Source: Vulcanimicrobiales bacterium
Lineage (GTDB): Bacteria > Vulcanimicrobiota > Vulcanimicrobiia > Vulcanimicrobiales > Vulcanimicrobiaceae
DNA: 54,138 nt
NCBI GenBank assembly: GCA_038215615.1
Contig: JBBQQR010000013.1
Span: 1 to 54,138 of the forward strand
Direction: 5' to 3'
The notes under the pieces were generated by a model, which searched no databases, was not told the DNA's origin, and saw nothing but the letters and a program-made list of their open reading frames with translations. The translations under genes were made by a program, and so were the position numbers. Below, piece by piece: positions 1 to 9,378 of the stretch (position 1 is the first letter of the stretch; the number at the start of each line of letters is the position of its first letter).

Positions 1-1
1 C

Positions 2-436
2 TTACCGCGCTTTGTCGCGGTGCAAGCTGAAGGCTGCGCGCCGATCGTGCGCGCGTTCGACGCGCGTCAAACCGAATCGACGTTTTGGAACGGCGCAAAG
101 ACGGTGGCTTTTGGGATCAACGTCCCAAAAGCGCTCGGAGATTTTTTGGTGCTCGAGGCGCTCTATGAGAGTGAGGGAACGGCCATTGCGGTCGACGACG
201 CAAGCATCGTCGCGATGCAGCGCCGCATCGGCGAGATGGAAGGGATGTTCATCTGTCCCGAAGGGGCCGCGACGCTCGCCGCTGCTGCGGAGTTGCGACG
301 CCGCGACTGGATCGCGCCGCACGAACGGGTGCTGGCGATCAACACGGGCAGCGGTCTAAAATATCCGGACGTTACGCTTCCGGAGCTTGAGTTGCTGCAG
401 CCCGACGCGACGATCCGGATCGAAACGCGTAAATAG
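2..436 (+). CDS. thrC: Threonine synthase, C-terminal part (truncated by window start)
   Basis: Fold-type II PLP enzyme C-terminal motifs VAVQAEGCAPIVRAF, EGMFICPEGAATLAA and INTGSGLKY; the frame is open to the window edge. Confidence 0.85.
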   Translation, partial: LPRFVAVQAEGCAPIVRAFDARQTESTFWNGAKTVAFGINVPKALGDFLVLEALYESEGTAIAVDDASIVAMQRRIGEMEGMFICPEGAATLAAAAELRRRDWIAPHERVLAINTGSGLKYPDVTLPELELLQPDATIRIETRK

Positions 437-1853
437 CCACTCCCACCAACGCGACGATAACTGCCTGCACTGCGGGTTGTAACAGAAGAGGCTTGTCCAG
501 CGACGAGACGCAAATCGAGATCGCGAACCAGGTCGAGAACCCCATGATGATCGCGCCGACGGCCAGTTGGATGGGACGGTTGCGCGCGATGGCCGATTGA
601 TTCTCCGCGTAATGCTCCGGCGCGGTGCGCGGAAAGAGCCACATGCCCAAACCCAAGAAAAAGAAGACGATCATGCAGGCGAGCACGCGCACTTGAACGC
701 CGAACACATAACCCATGGGGATCGATTCGGCCAGAGTGAGCGACCCCAGGACGGCGGCAATCGTGAGCGCCAGCACCGGCGTCTGAAAGCGGACGTGCGT
801 CGACGCAAAGCGAGGCGGCAGCAAGCCGTCCTGCGCCCAAGCGTAGATCCAACGGGACTGCGCGAGGTAGAGCGGCAGAAACGTCTTGATGACGATTAGC
901 GCAACAAAGACGTTCATGATCGATGCAAGCCACGCCGGCATGACCATGCCGAGCAAACCGGTTGAAGTTGTGTAGGTCGTAAACTTCAGCGCGGAGAGTC
1001 CTGCGATCAGCCGCCACGGTACCGCATGATAGACGGCAAACGCGAAGATCGTGTAGATAAACATGACCAGGCACACCGCGATGACGACGCCTTTGGAAAG
1101 CGCGCGGCGCGCATCGATGGCTTCGCCGCCCGTCTGCGTCGCGGTCGAGAGTCCGAGATAGCCGAAGAACAACACCGGCAAAGCGGTGCCGAAAGCGACC
1201 GCCGCGTTCACGTGCGAGACGGGCGCGGCCGCGAGCACGTGCTGCACCGAAACGTGCAGACGGCCTTGCATTGCGAGTGCGAAATGTTCCGGAGAAGTCG
1301 CGAGTCCGTACCCAATGACGACGAAGGCAACGACGATAACGAAACACATCGCGACGACTGCGAGCGTTCCGGCTAACCGCACGCCGCGCACGTGAACGTA
1401 CCAAATTCCCCACAGCAGCACGAGTCCGGTCACAATCGTCCCGGCCGTTGAGCCGAGCAATTGCGCGGCGCCCGTTGCGCCGAGCGCGTCGCAAGCGTTG
1501 GCCAGAAATTTCGGCGCCGTGTACGCCAGCGTCCCCAGCGATCCGCTGACGCCGAACCACGACAAAAACGTCGCCAGGAAGCCGAAGAACGGACTGACGG
1601 CGCGCGAGATAATCACGTACTCGCCGCCCGCGCCGACCAGCCCGGAAGCAAAGAAATAGCGGTAGGCGATAACCGTCGCAAAGGTCAGCAGGCCGCCGAC
1701 GATCATCAGCCACGGGACTAAATCGCCGACGCCGGGAGCGGTCCCCTGGATCTGAGTCGAGACGAAGAAGAGTCCGGCCGCGATTTCGTTGGTAACGCCG
1801 AAGGCAACCACCGACCACAGGCCGAGCACGCGCCGGAGTTCGTTCGATTCCAC
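372..1853 (-). CDS. APC-family amino acid permease
   Basis: 493 aa with about 12 hydrophobic segments; LRRVLGLWSVVAFG, AGGEYVIISRA, RWIYAWAQDGLLPPRFASTHVRFQTP. Its 3' end overlaps convergent thrC by 65 bp. Confidence 0.9.
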   Translation of the reverse strand: MESNELRRVLGLWSVVAFGVTNEIAAGLFFVSTQIQGTAPGVGDLVPWLMIVGGLLTFATVIAYRYFFASGLVGAGGEYVIISRAVSPFFGFLATFLSWFGVSGSLGTLAYTAPKFLANACDALGATGAAQLLGSTAGTIVTGLVLLWGIWYVHVRGVRLAGTLAVVAMCFVIVVAFVVIGYGLATSPEHFALAMQGRLHVSVQHVLAAAPVSHVNAAVAFGTALPVLFFGYLGLSTATQTGGEAIDARRALSKGVVIAVCLVMFIYTIFAFAVYHAVPWRLIAGLSALKFTTYTTSTGLLGMVMPAWLASIMNVFVALIVIKTFLPLYLAQSRWIYAWAQDGLLPPRFASTHVRFQTPVLALTIAAVLGSLTLAESIPMGYVFGVQVRVLACMIVFFFLGLGMWLFPRTAPEHYAENQSAIARNRPIQLAVGAIIMGFSTWFAISICVSSLDKPLLLQPAVQAVIVALVGVAIYAFRSGSSRRAAATQAPEA

Positions 1854-1872
1854 GAAGGCGGCTTCGTCAAAT

Positions 1873-1906
1873 AAAAAGAGCGCTCATTTGCACGAGCGCT
1901 CTTTTT
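1873..1906. terminator. Intrinsic terminator, probably bidirectional
   Basis: AAAAAGAGCGCTC-atttgcac-GAGCGCTCTTTTT perfect inverted repeat with A and T tails, just downstream of the 1924..2481 minus-strand gene. Confidence 0.85.
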
Positions 1907-1923
1907 TCTCTCCCTTGGTAGAT

Positions 1924-2481
1924 TTACGGAGTGGGTGATGGCCAGGGGCGCCGCATGCCGCCTGGCGGACCCTGTTCTCTGTCGTGCATAAAGCCACCAT
2001 GCATTCCCATTCCGAGACCTTCGCCGCCGCCGGTTGCGATCATCAGCAGCAGCTCGCCGGCGTCGGGTGCATGTCGCGCGCGTTCCATGCCGCCCGGCCG
2101 GGGGCGTGGTGAAGACTGTTCGAACAAGGCGCGCACTTGCGTCATGAAGGACTGCGCGGCGTTCAGAATCGCTTGCTTCTCGCCGCTGGTTAAAGCTGCA
2201 TCGAGTTTTTGTATCGCGGCCTTCCGATCCGGACTGGTGGAAATCGCGAGCTGGCCCGCGACCGACGCGAGCAAGGTGCGGTGTGCGGGCGTCAGCGCTC
2301 CCAGAACCTTCGCGCGAAATTGGTTGTGCAGCGTTTGCAACTGCTGCATGTTCTGACGCATGGCGCCAAAATCGGGGCGCGGCCACGGTGTGCCGCCGGG
2401 GCCCGGCGGTGGCTGTGCTTGCGCAAAAACCAGCACCGGAATGGATGCCAGCAGTGTAAAGAGAACGAGCAATTTCTTCAT
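1924..2481 (-). CDS. Secreted helical protein, Spy/CpxP-like
   Basis: Signal peptide MKKLLVLFTLLASIPVLVFA; two helical units with LTPAHR and LTSGEK (LTxxQ-like); Pro/Gly/Met-rich tails. Confidence 0.65.
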   Translation of the reverse strand: MKKLLVLFTLLASIPVLVFAQAQPPPGPGGTPWPRPDFGAMRQNMQQLQTLHNQFRAKVLGALTPAHRTLLASVAGQLAISTSPDRKAAIQKLDAALTSGEKQAILNAAQSFMTQVRALFEQSSPRPRPGGMERARHAPDAGELLLMIATGGGEGLGMGMHGGFMHDREQGPPGGMRRPWPSPTP

Positions 2482-2538
2482 ACTCTCTTTCTAAACGCGC
2501 TTCCGGGGAATATCCTGTGAAAGCCAGAAATTCGCGAG

Positions 2539-2781
2539 ATGACCGACGCTCAAAGGCTCGCGCAGGCGCTCAATCCGCTCACGAAAACGCCGCAGTTCTC
2601 TTACACGAAAGCTCGCGCCGCCGCGCGCAGCGAGTCGGCGGTCAATTGGCCCGCGACCAAAGAGCGCAACGAAGATTTCAACCCCGAGGTGGACGGCTGC
2701 GAATCGTTTGTGATGAAAGACGGCAGCGTCTGCGAATGGCTGCCGGGTCAGTACCGTTACGCGGCGACTGCGCCGCATTAA
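2539..2781 (+). CDS. Small hypothetical protein (80 aa)
   Basis: ATG-started ORF filling the gap between genes, with protein-like composition; its stop overlaps the stop of the convergent GNAT gene. Confidence 0.55.
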   Translation: MTDAQRLAQALNPLTKTPQFSYTKARAAARSESAVNWPATKERNEDFNPEVDGCESFVMKDGSVCEWLPGQYRYAATAPH

Positions 2782-3605
2782 AATAGCAGTGTCGTAAACT
2801 CGGCGACCTGATGGAAGCCCAGCGCTTTATAGAGCGCCAGGCCGGCGGTGTTGAAGCCGTTCACGTACAGCGAGATCGTCGGATGGTCGTCCAGCAGGCG
2901 ATCGCAAATGCCGAAAAGCGCCGCGGCCCCCAGCCCGCGCTTGCGTAAGTGAGGCGGCGTCCAGATACCTTGCACTTGCAGAGTGCGCGCACTGTGTGCG
3001 CCCTCGCTGCAAAAGAAACAGAGCTGCCCCTCAAACTCCCCGACCCACCACGTCCCACGGTCGACTGCGTCACGCACGTTTGCGTCGAATTCCGCCGAAC
3101 CCGCACGCGGATCGTAACCCAGCTCCTCGTGAATCATCGCTGCAGAATTGATGGCAACGGATTGCCACTCATCTCGACGTGCGCGCCGAACTAAGACTGC
3201 GCCCGGATTACCGTGCAGGGCGTCGCGATCGACTGCCAGCACGGGTTGGCTTTCCCGCACGATGCGTGGCGGCGCGTGCCGTGCCGCGACCTGTTTCCAA
3301 TAGCGTTCGATCGTGTTTTTCGGACCGACGATCATTCGCTCGAACGTGGCCGCCGTTTTTACCGCAGCAAAAGCGTCGACCGCGAGATCGTTTCGCGCCG
3401 CCAGCACGACCTGCCGCCCGAAAAATGCCACACCCTGGACGTGCGAACCGTGCAGGCAAACGTACAGATGCGGCCGGAGCTCCTTCGAATTCTGCGAGCC
3501 GATCATCCAGCTCAAGAAGACGTCCTCGTACGGACTGCGGTCGAGGTACGCCAGGGCGGCTGCCGTATCGGTCCGCGCAAGGGGCCGCGCCTCGAAAGCG
3601 CTCAG
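2778..3605 (-). CDS. GNAT-family acetyltransferase
   Basis: C-terminal GNAT motifs VQGIWTPPHLRKRGLG and LYVNGFNTAGLALYKALGF. Start placed at a CTG overlapping the rskA stop (CTGA); start uncertain. Confidence 0.8.
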   Translation of the reverse strand: MSAFEARPLARTDTAAALAYLDRSPYEDVFLSWMIGSQNSKELRPHLYVCLHGSHVQGVAFFGRQVVLAARNDLAVDAFAAVKTAATFERMIVGPKNTIERYWKQVAARHAPPRIVRESQPVLAVDRDALHGNPGAVLVRRARRDEWQSVAINSAAMIHEELGYDPRAGSAEFDANVRDAVDRGTWWVGEFEGQLCFFCSEGAHSARTLQVQGIWTPPHLRKRGLGAAALFGICDRLLDDHPTISLYVNGFNTAGLALYKALGFHQVAEFTTLLF

Positions 3606-4393
3606 GTGAGTTTCACAACGAAAGCCGGTTTGCTCGTCGGCTGTTTGCTTCCGCCTTCGGGCTCCATGCTCACGGCGACTGCGACGACTTGCGAAGCGGG
3701 CGCGGGAACGTGAACGACTGCGACGCCGCTGTGGTCGGGCATAAACGTGACGGACGGCGTCATCGCCGTGCCGCCTTTGCGCAAGATCCACGCCTGGTAG
3801 ACTTTGCCGCGTGGCGGCATGCCCATCGATTGCATCGCGATATACAAGCGGTTGCCGTGCCGAACCACTTCGCCGTCCTCAACCGCGTAATGCTGCGAAT
3901 CGGTCGAGGTGAGGTCGGCCAGCTCCGTGCTCTGGGCGGCGACTTTGCGATGGAGCATTTTGGCTTGAGTGTCAAGTTGCGCGATTTGCGATTTTGACGA
4001 ACCTAGCGCTTCATTTAAAGTGATGTTGAACGCGGCCGTGACGAGCGCGACGGCTAGGCACGCTGCGGCGACGGCGTACGCCGGCCAGACGATTGGCCGC
4101 ACGGCGCGCATTTCGCCGACGTTGGAGATCCGTCGTGAAGCAACGCCGCCGCGAACTTGGTCCATGATGCGCGCTTTCAAGCGCGGGCTGGGAACGACCG
4201 CGCCGCTGACCGCATCCGAACAGGCTTCAGCCGAATACGCGACGGCGTCAACCGCCGGTTTGAGTCGCCGATATTCGGCCGTACATTCCGGGCAGGTCGC
4301 CATGTGTTCGCGCACGGCTCGCGCCTGATCGCGCGGGAGCGCGCCGAGGGCGTAGACGGCGACGTCGTCGAGCATCGCGTCGTGTGCGCTCAT
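3602..4393 (-). CDS. rskA: Anti-sigma factor, RskA family with N-terminal zinc-finger motif
   Basis: AVYALGAL and HMATCPEC (HxxxCxxC), one TM helix, coiled coil, C-terminal KVYQAW and AVSMEPEGGSKQPT. Confidence 0.9.
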   Translation of the reverse strand: MSAHDAMLDDVAVYALGALPRDQARAVREHMATCPECTAEYRRLKPAVDAVAYSAEACSDAVSGAVVPSPRLKARIMDQVRGGVASRRISNVGEMRAVRPIVWPAYAVAAACLAVALVTAAFNITLNEALGSSKSQIAQLDTQAKMLHRKVAAQSTELADLTSTDSQHYAVEDGEVVRHGNRLYIAMQSMGMPPRGKVYQAWILRKGGTAMTPSVTFMPDHSGVAVVHVPAPASQVVAVAVSMEPEGGSKQPTSKPAFVVKLT

Positions 4394-4920
4394 GCCGTCA
4401 CCGTATCCTCGAGTGCGCTGCGCAGCTTTCCAAGCCCCGCCCGTATCCTCGTTTTTATCGTGCCCAGCGGAATGCCGCTGCGCCGCGCGATTTCCGCGTG
4501 GGTTATGCCGCCGAAAAAGCCCAATTCGATTGGCTCGCGCTGCTCGGCCGGAAGCTGCGACAGGGCGCGGCGCACGCTGTCGGCGTCAATCTCCGAAAAG
4601 ACCCGTTCCTCGAGCAGATCGCTGTCGGGCATCGCGTCGCTCAGTTCGGTCTCGGCGCGCGACTTGCGCCGGATAGAATCGACGGCCTGATTGCGCGCGA
4701 CGCGCGCGATCCAGCCTCCGAAATTTCCCTCGGCAAAACGTTCGGGCGCCGTCCATATCTTAAGGAAGACGGCTTGCGTGACGTCCTCCGCCGCGGTGGC
4801 ATCGCCGACAACGCGGAAAGCGATGCCGTACACCAGCCGGTGATACGCATCATACAAAGTCTCGAACGCGGCCGCGTCTTTCGTCCGAACGCGTGCCATG
4901 AGCCGGGCGGCGTTTTCCAA
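4390..4920 (-). CDS. ECF RNA polymerase sigma factor, SigK-like
   Basis: AFETLYD, AEDVTQAVFLKIW, ARNQAVDSIRR, IPLGTIKTRIRAGL; ATGA-coupled to rskA. Confidence 0.92.
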   Translation of the reverse strand: MENAARLMARVRTKDAAAFETLYDAYHRLVYGIAFRVVGDATAAEDVTQAVFLKIWTAPERFAEGNFGGWIARVARNQAVDSIRRKSRAETELSDAMPDSDLLEERVFSEIDADSVRRALSQLPAEQREPIELGFFGGITHAEIARRSGIPLGTIKTRIRAGLGKLRSALEDTVTA

Positions 4921-4963
4921 GGCTTGTTTCGGTTCGCTTCATCGGGAGGTTCCCCCGGTCTGG

Positions 4964-4990
4964 TAACGGTTCGGCGGGCCTTGCGGATTG
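4964..4990 (-). promoter_or_regulatory. Candidate autoregulatory ECF promoter
   Basis: Minus strand reads CAATCC-N16-CGTTA about 45 bp upstream of the sigma gene, resembling SigK-type promoters (ATCC -35 element, CG-starting -10 element). Confidence 0.4.
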
Positions 4991-5010
4991 CCGTGTCGTA
5001 GGCTCGGGCG

Positions 5011-5388
5011 ATGAACGCAATAGAAGCGATTCGCGCCGATATTCCGGATTTTCCGGGTTGCGAGGGCGAAGAACAGTGCCGCCTCTCCGACGAGCAAGTG
5101 CGCTCGTACGTGGGGGAGCGGGTGGCTGCGCTTTCTCCGGATTCGTTCTCCGATGCAGACAAGGCCCTGTACGAAGGCGTCCTGTACCGCTGCGAATTTA
5201 TGAACCAGGAAGCGTTCCGGGTTTTCGATGAGGATCGCAACGAAAATCGCATCAGCGCCGTGCTGGAAGCCGACGCGGCGCTGATCGCCGCCGTAAAAAA
5301 GCTCGAACCATCGGGGCCGGCCGGCGAAGCACTGATGGCGATCAATGACGCCTTCGACCGCCGCGACACGGCGATGTTGCAGAAGTAG
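5011..5388 (+). CDS. Hypothetical acidic helical protein
   Basis: 125 aa ATG ORF, 2 bp upstream of the GH20 gene. Confidence 0.7.
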   Translation: MNAIEAIRADIPDFPGCEGEEQCRLSDEQVRSYVGERVAALSPDSFSDADKALYEGVLYRCEFMNQEAFRVFDEDRNENRISAVLEADAALIAAVKKLEPSGPAGEALMAINDAFDRRDTAMLQK

Positions 5389-5390
5389 CG

Positions 5391-7367
5391 ATGTTCCTAC
5401 TTGCAGCGGTGCTCACGCTGCATCTGTTACCGCGACCCAGTTCCGTTGTAGCGCGTATGTGCATCTACGGAATTCCGCGGCCTCCCGTTTCTGTGTCACC
5501 TGATTTTGATGCTGCAGCTCTCGATGAGATTAACCAGCGCTGGAAAGCACTGGGTATCCCCACCTTGACTCGCAAGATGCCTGCGATTTTGAGCGGAAAC
5601 GGGTGGGTTCATAAGCTTCACGATCCGGCTCGCTTCCCGCCGGATGTCGAGGTTCAACGAATCAAGTTGCCGCCACAGGCCTATCGGTTGCGCACCCGGG
5701 GCGACGGTCGCGTAATTATTCAAGCCGGCGATCCGGACGGCGCGTTCTATGCAGCGATGACGCTCGCGCAGCTGCCGCAGCGTGTAAATGGCAAGTGGGT
5801 TTTGCCGTGCGTCGATATTAGCGACGCGCCTGCGTTGAAGTGGCGCGTGCTCAGCGACGACGTCTCCCGCGGGCCGCTTCCGAATATGCGCTACTTCAAG
5901 GAACGCATCCGCACGATCGCTGCTTTCAAAATGAACGGCTACTCGCCTTACATGGAGCACGTTTTCGCCGACCCGCGAAACCCGCTTCCTGCGCCGCTCG
6001 ATGGAATAACGCCGGCCCAACTACGTGAGCTTTACGATTACGCGAAGGGTTACCACGTCGCGTTCATTCCTGAGCAGCAGAGCTTCGCGCATATGCACAA
6101 TACACTGGCGGTCGAAAAGTACGCGACGGCAGCGGAGTTGCAGCACGATTTCTTGCTCAGTCCGGCTGCGCCGCTTTCAATGGAGTACCTGACCCAGCTC
6201 GTGCGTGACGAGCTCGCCGTCATTCCTCACCCGGCATTCTTTCACATCGGCTCGGACGAAACGTCGGTCTTGGGCCTGGGTCGAAGCAAAGCACTGGTCG
6301 CGCAGCGCGGCTTGAGCCAAGTTTACGCCGATCACTTACAACAGATGAATCGTCTCATCGCGCCTTCGGGCGCTCGCATGATGGTGTGGAGCGACGGTAT
6401 CGAGAACGATCCGGCGATCATGACGATGATTCCGAAGAGCACGGTCATTATCAATTGGCATTACGGCGCCGAGAAGAACTTCCAAAAATACATCGACCTG
6501 ATCGCGTCGGGCAGTTTTAAGCAAATGGTGGCGCCGGGCGATCACAATTGGAATCAAGTCTATCCGGATATCCGGACGGCGCTTGTCAACGAGCAGCGTT
6601 TCATTGACGAGGGTAAGGCCGCGCGCGTTCTCGGCCTCTTTCAAACCGTGTGGCACGACGACGGCGAGTCGCTTTTTGAGGCGACGTGGTATCCGGTGTT
6701 GTACTCCGCCGCGAGCGGTTGGGAGCAGCGTACGGTCGATCCCACGCGTTTTCAAGCCGATTTCCCGAGCGCGTTCTACGGAAGCGATGACGCGCGCTAC
6801 GGGCGGGACATTGCCGAACTTGCCGATGTGCAGTCGCGCATGGCGGACGACTACAGTTATTCGAGCAACTATCTTTTTTGGGTAGACCCCTTCGATCCGA
6901 GCGCCGCGGCGCACATGGCGAAGCTGGATATTCGCGCGCTGCGTCTGGAAGCCGAAGACGCCGAGCAGCACTTGCTGCAAAACAGGCCCGCGCTGCACGC
7001 CAGCGCCGCGCGCGTCATGTTCTTGGCCGCACGCAAATACGACTTCATCGGCCGCAAGTTCCAGGCCGCGCAAGAGATCCGCGACTACTATTCGCAGGCC
7101 CAAGCCCAGGCCGGCCAACCGCACTCCCCAACGGCACGCGACCTCTTATGGACGAAGTATTGGTTTTGGGAACTGCGCGACCGGTATGAGGAGATACGCC
7201 CGCTCTACGCTGCCGCCTGGAGGTACGAGAATCGCGAAAGTCATTTAGCGAGCAACCTCCAGCGATATGACGTCGCCGCCGAACAAAATATCGAGCGTGC
7301 CGATAAGATATATGCGTGGACCCTAGACTACTCCGCGGGCAAACCGCTCCCGGATCTACCCTGGTAA
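5391..7367 (+). CDS. Beta-N-acetylhexosaminidase, GH20 family, secreted
   Basis: Hydrophobic N-terminus, GH20b domain (QAYRL...GAFYAAMTLAQL, ISDAPALKWR, DVSRG) and catalytic FHIGSDE motif. Confidence 0.9.
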   Translation: MFLLAAVLTLHLLPRPSSVVARMCIYGIPRPPVSVSPDFDAAALDEINQRWKALGIPTLTRKMPAILSGNGWVHKLHDPARFPPDVEVQRIKLPPQAYRLRTRGDGRVIIQAGDPDGAFYAAMTLAQLPQRVNGKWVLPCVDISDAPALKWRVLSDDVSRGPLPNMRYFKERIRTIAAFKMNGYSPYMEHVFADPRNPLPAPLDGITPAQLRELYDYAKGYHVAFIPEQQSFAHMHNTLAVEKYATAAELQHDFLLSPAAPLSMEYLTQLVRDELAVIPHPAFFHIGSDETSVLGLGRSKALVAQRGLSQVYADHLQQMNRLIAPSGARMMVWSDGIENDPAIMTMIPKSTVIINWHYGAEKNFQKYIDLIASGSFKQMVAPGDHNWNQVYPDIRTALVNEQRFIDEGKAARVLGLFQTVWHDDGESLFEATWYPVLYSAASGWEQRTVDPTRFQADFPSAFYGSDDARYGRDIAELADVQSRMADDYSYSSNYLFWVDPFDPSAAAHMAKLDIRALRLEAEDAEQHLLQNRPALHASAARVMFLAARKYDFIGRKFQAAQEIRDYYSQAQAQAGQPHSPTARDLLWTKYWFWELRDRYEEIRPLYAAAWRYENRESHLASNLQRYDVAAEQNIERADKIYAWTLDYSAGKPLPDLPW

Positions 7368-7371
7368 GGCC

Positions 7372-9378
7372 ATGATTGCACCGTTGCTGATTCTCGTCGT
7401 CTTCCTGATTTTCGCGGGACTGATGTACACGCGGAAGGTGCCGGCTTTGCTCGCGGTGCCGGCGATGGCGGTCCTTATGGCGCTCGTTGCCGGCGTGCCG
7501 GTCACGGGAGTTGGGACGGTTGTCGTGACCGGCGCAGCGGCACTCGCGAAAGTGTATGTTGCCGTAATTTTCGGTGCGCTGCTCGGCCGCGTGACGCTGG
7601 ATACGGGAATTGCTCGTACTATTGTCAACTTCGCCGCCGAGTTCGGCGGCGAGCAGCCGCTGGCGGTGGCGCTGGCCCTAAGCGTGGTCGTAGCGCTGCT
7701 TTTCGTATCGCTTAACGGCCTTGGCGCGATTATCATGGTCGGGTCTATCGTGCTGCCGATCATGATGACAATCGGCGTTCCCAGAAAAATTGCCGCGACG
7801 ATGTTCCTGATGGCCTTCGCGCTCGGATTCATTTTCAATATCGTGAACTGGAAGTTTTACACGCTGTACTTCGGCGTCAATCAGCAGCAGATGTACGGAT
7901 ACGCGATCGCACTTGCGGCGATCGATCTCATCGCGCTGTTGGTATACGCGTTCGTGTCGTTCCGCGGCGCGCGCGGTTACGCCACTTGGGCGGTGCGGGC
8001 GAAAGAGGAACCGCAAACTCCGCACGTGCCCGCGTACGCCCTCATCACACCCATACTGCCCATCGTCTTGTATTTCGCGTTTAAAATGGACCCGGTAATA
8101 GCGTTCGCAGTCTCCGCGATTTACGGCGTGCTAGCGACGCGCCCGTCGGAGGCCATTCAAACCCTGACGGCGGCTGCTATCCGTGGCGTTGAGGACGTAG
8201 CGCCTGCAATCATCCTGTTCGTTGGGATCGGAATGCTCTTCACCGCGACGAAGCAGCCGCAGTTCCTTGCGGCGCTCCACGGGCTTGCGTCCACGCAAGC
8301 GCTGCACAATCCGTGGATGTACGTCATCGTGTTCGGTGTTCTCAGTCCGTTGGCGCTGTATCGGGGTCCGCTCAATCCTTTCGGCGTCGGCATTGCCGTC
8401 TTCACGATTCTGCTTGCGGGACATGCGCTGCCGCCCGTTATTCTGGTTGCGGCCATTATGGCGGTCGTTCAAGTGCAGAACGTCTGCGATCCGACGAACA
8501 CGGCCAACGTGTGGATTGCCAACTTTACCGGCGTGCAGATCGTTGATATTACCAAACGCACGCTGCTGTACCAAGTCGCCGTCGCGATTGTCGCATGCAT
8601 CGTCGTGGTGACATCGGCACCGCATTTGTTTGGCGTGCATCCGTTTAGCGCCGCAATCCCGGCGGCCAGCGCGCAAGAACTGAGCCCGGCCGGGATGTTC
8701 GCGGGGTCGGCGGCCGTTTCGCGCATTGCCGTGGGATCGGATGGGTCCCCGGACGCGCAAGCGGCGGTTCCCACCGTCGTTGAAGCGCTGAGAAACGCTC
8801 CCGGCACGCAAGTCTTCGCGCAGCAGGACGATCCGAACGTTTCGGATTGCTCAGCGAAACGGTACGCGGCCTATGTCAATGTGACCTCGACACGTTTTAC
8901 GCTGCTCGAAGGAACCGACGTGGATATCGGCGTCCGGCTCTTTGACTGCGGCGGATGGGAAGTGACCGAGTGGCACGACCACGCCGCGTTTGCTCAACCG
9001 ACGGCGACCGACGTCGCGCAGCTGGGGCTCCAAGGCGCGAACCGTTTGTTGGGCTGGGCGCGGAGCAATCCGCAGCGCTGGAGTAACCTGGAACAGCGCG
9101 GGCTGGCGTTCGCGCCGGGCGATCCGCCTTCATACTATTACGCGCTCTACAAGACGGTGGATGGAAACATGCGCGCGTACGTGCGCGCCGGCGGGCCGGC
9201 CTACGCGGCGGGCATGCGTACTGACGATATCGTCGACAAACTCGACGGCCTGGATTGGTGGATGTACGGCACGTACCAAACACAGGCGCGCGCGTATGAC
9301 GGTAAACCGCATTCATTTCAACTCGAACGCGCCGGCGCGACGATTGCCGTTCAGCTCGGCGCGCCGTTCGCGTCGTGA
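7372..9378 (+). CDS. Ion-transporter-superfamily (GntP/CitM-like) secondary transporter with C-terminal soluble domain and PDZ-like domain
   Basis: About 420 aa polytopic membrane region (FGALLGRVTLDTGIARTIV, CDPTNTANVW) followed by about 240 hydrophilic residues ending in VRAGGPAYAAGMRTDDIVDKLDG...LERAG. Confidence 0.75.
   Translation: MIAPLLILVVFLIFAGLMYTRKVPALLAVPAMAVLMALVAGVPVTGVGTVVVTGAAALAKVYVAVIFGALLGRVTLDTGIARTIVNFAAEFGGEQPLAVALALSVVVALLFVSLNGLGAIIMVGSIVLPIMMTIGVPRKIAATMFLMAFALGFIFNIVNWKFYTLYFGVNQQQMYGYAIALAAIDLIALLVYAFVSFRGARGYATWAVRAKEEPQTPHVPAYALITPILPIVLYFAFKMDPVIAFAVSAIYGVLATRPSEAIQTLTAAAIRGVEDVAPAIILFVGIGMLFTATKQPQFLAALHGLASTQALHNPWMYVIVFGVLSPLALYRGPLNPFGVGIAVFTILLAGHALPPVILVAAIMAVVQVQNVCDPTNTANVWIANFTGVQIVDITKRTLLYQVAVAIVACIVVVTSAPHLFGVHPFSAAIPAASAQELSPAGMFAGSAAVSRIAVGSDGSPDAQAAVPTVVEALRNAPGTQVFAQQDDPNVSDCSAKRYAAYVNVTSTRFTLLEGTDVDIGVRLFDCGGWEVTEWHDHAAFAQPTATDVAQLGLQGANRLLGWARSNPQRWSNLEQRGLAFAPGDPPSYYYALYKTVDGNMRAYVRAGGPAYAAGMRTDDIVDKLDGLDWWMYGTYQTQARAYDGKPHSFQLERAGATIAVQLGAPFAS

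Noticed and set aside
163..1818. Many long overlapping or antisense ORFs (for example 163..1818, 9531..11225, 18916..20073)
   Set aside because: Expected stop-poor shadow frames in high-GC DNA; they are Arg-rich and have no recognisable motifs.
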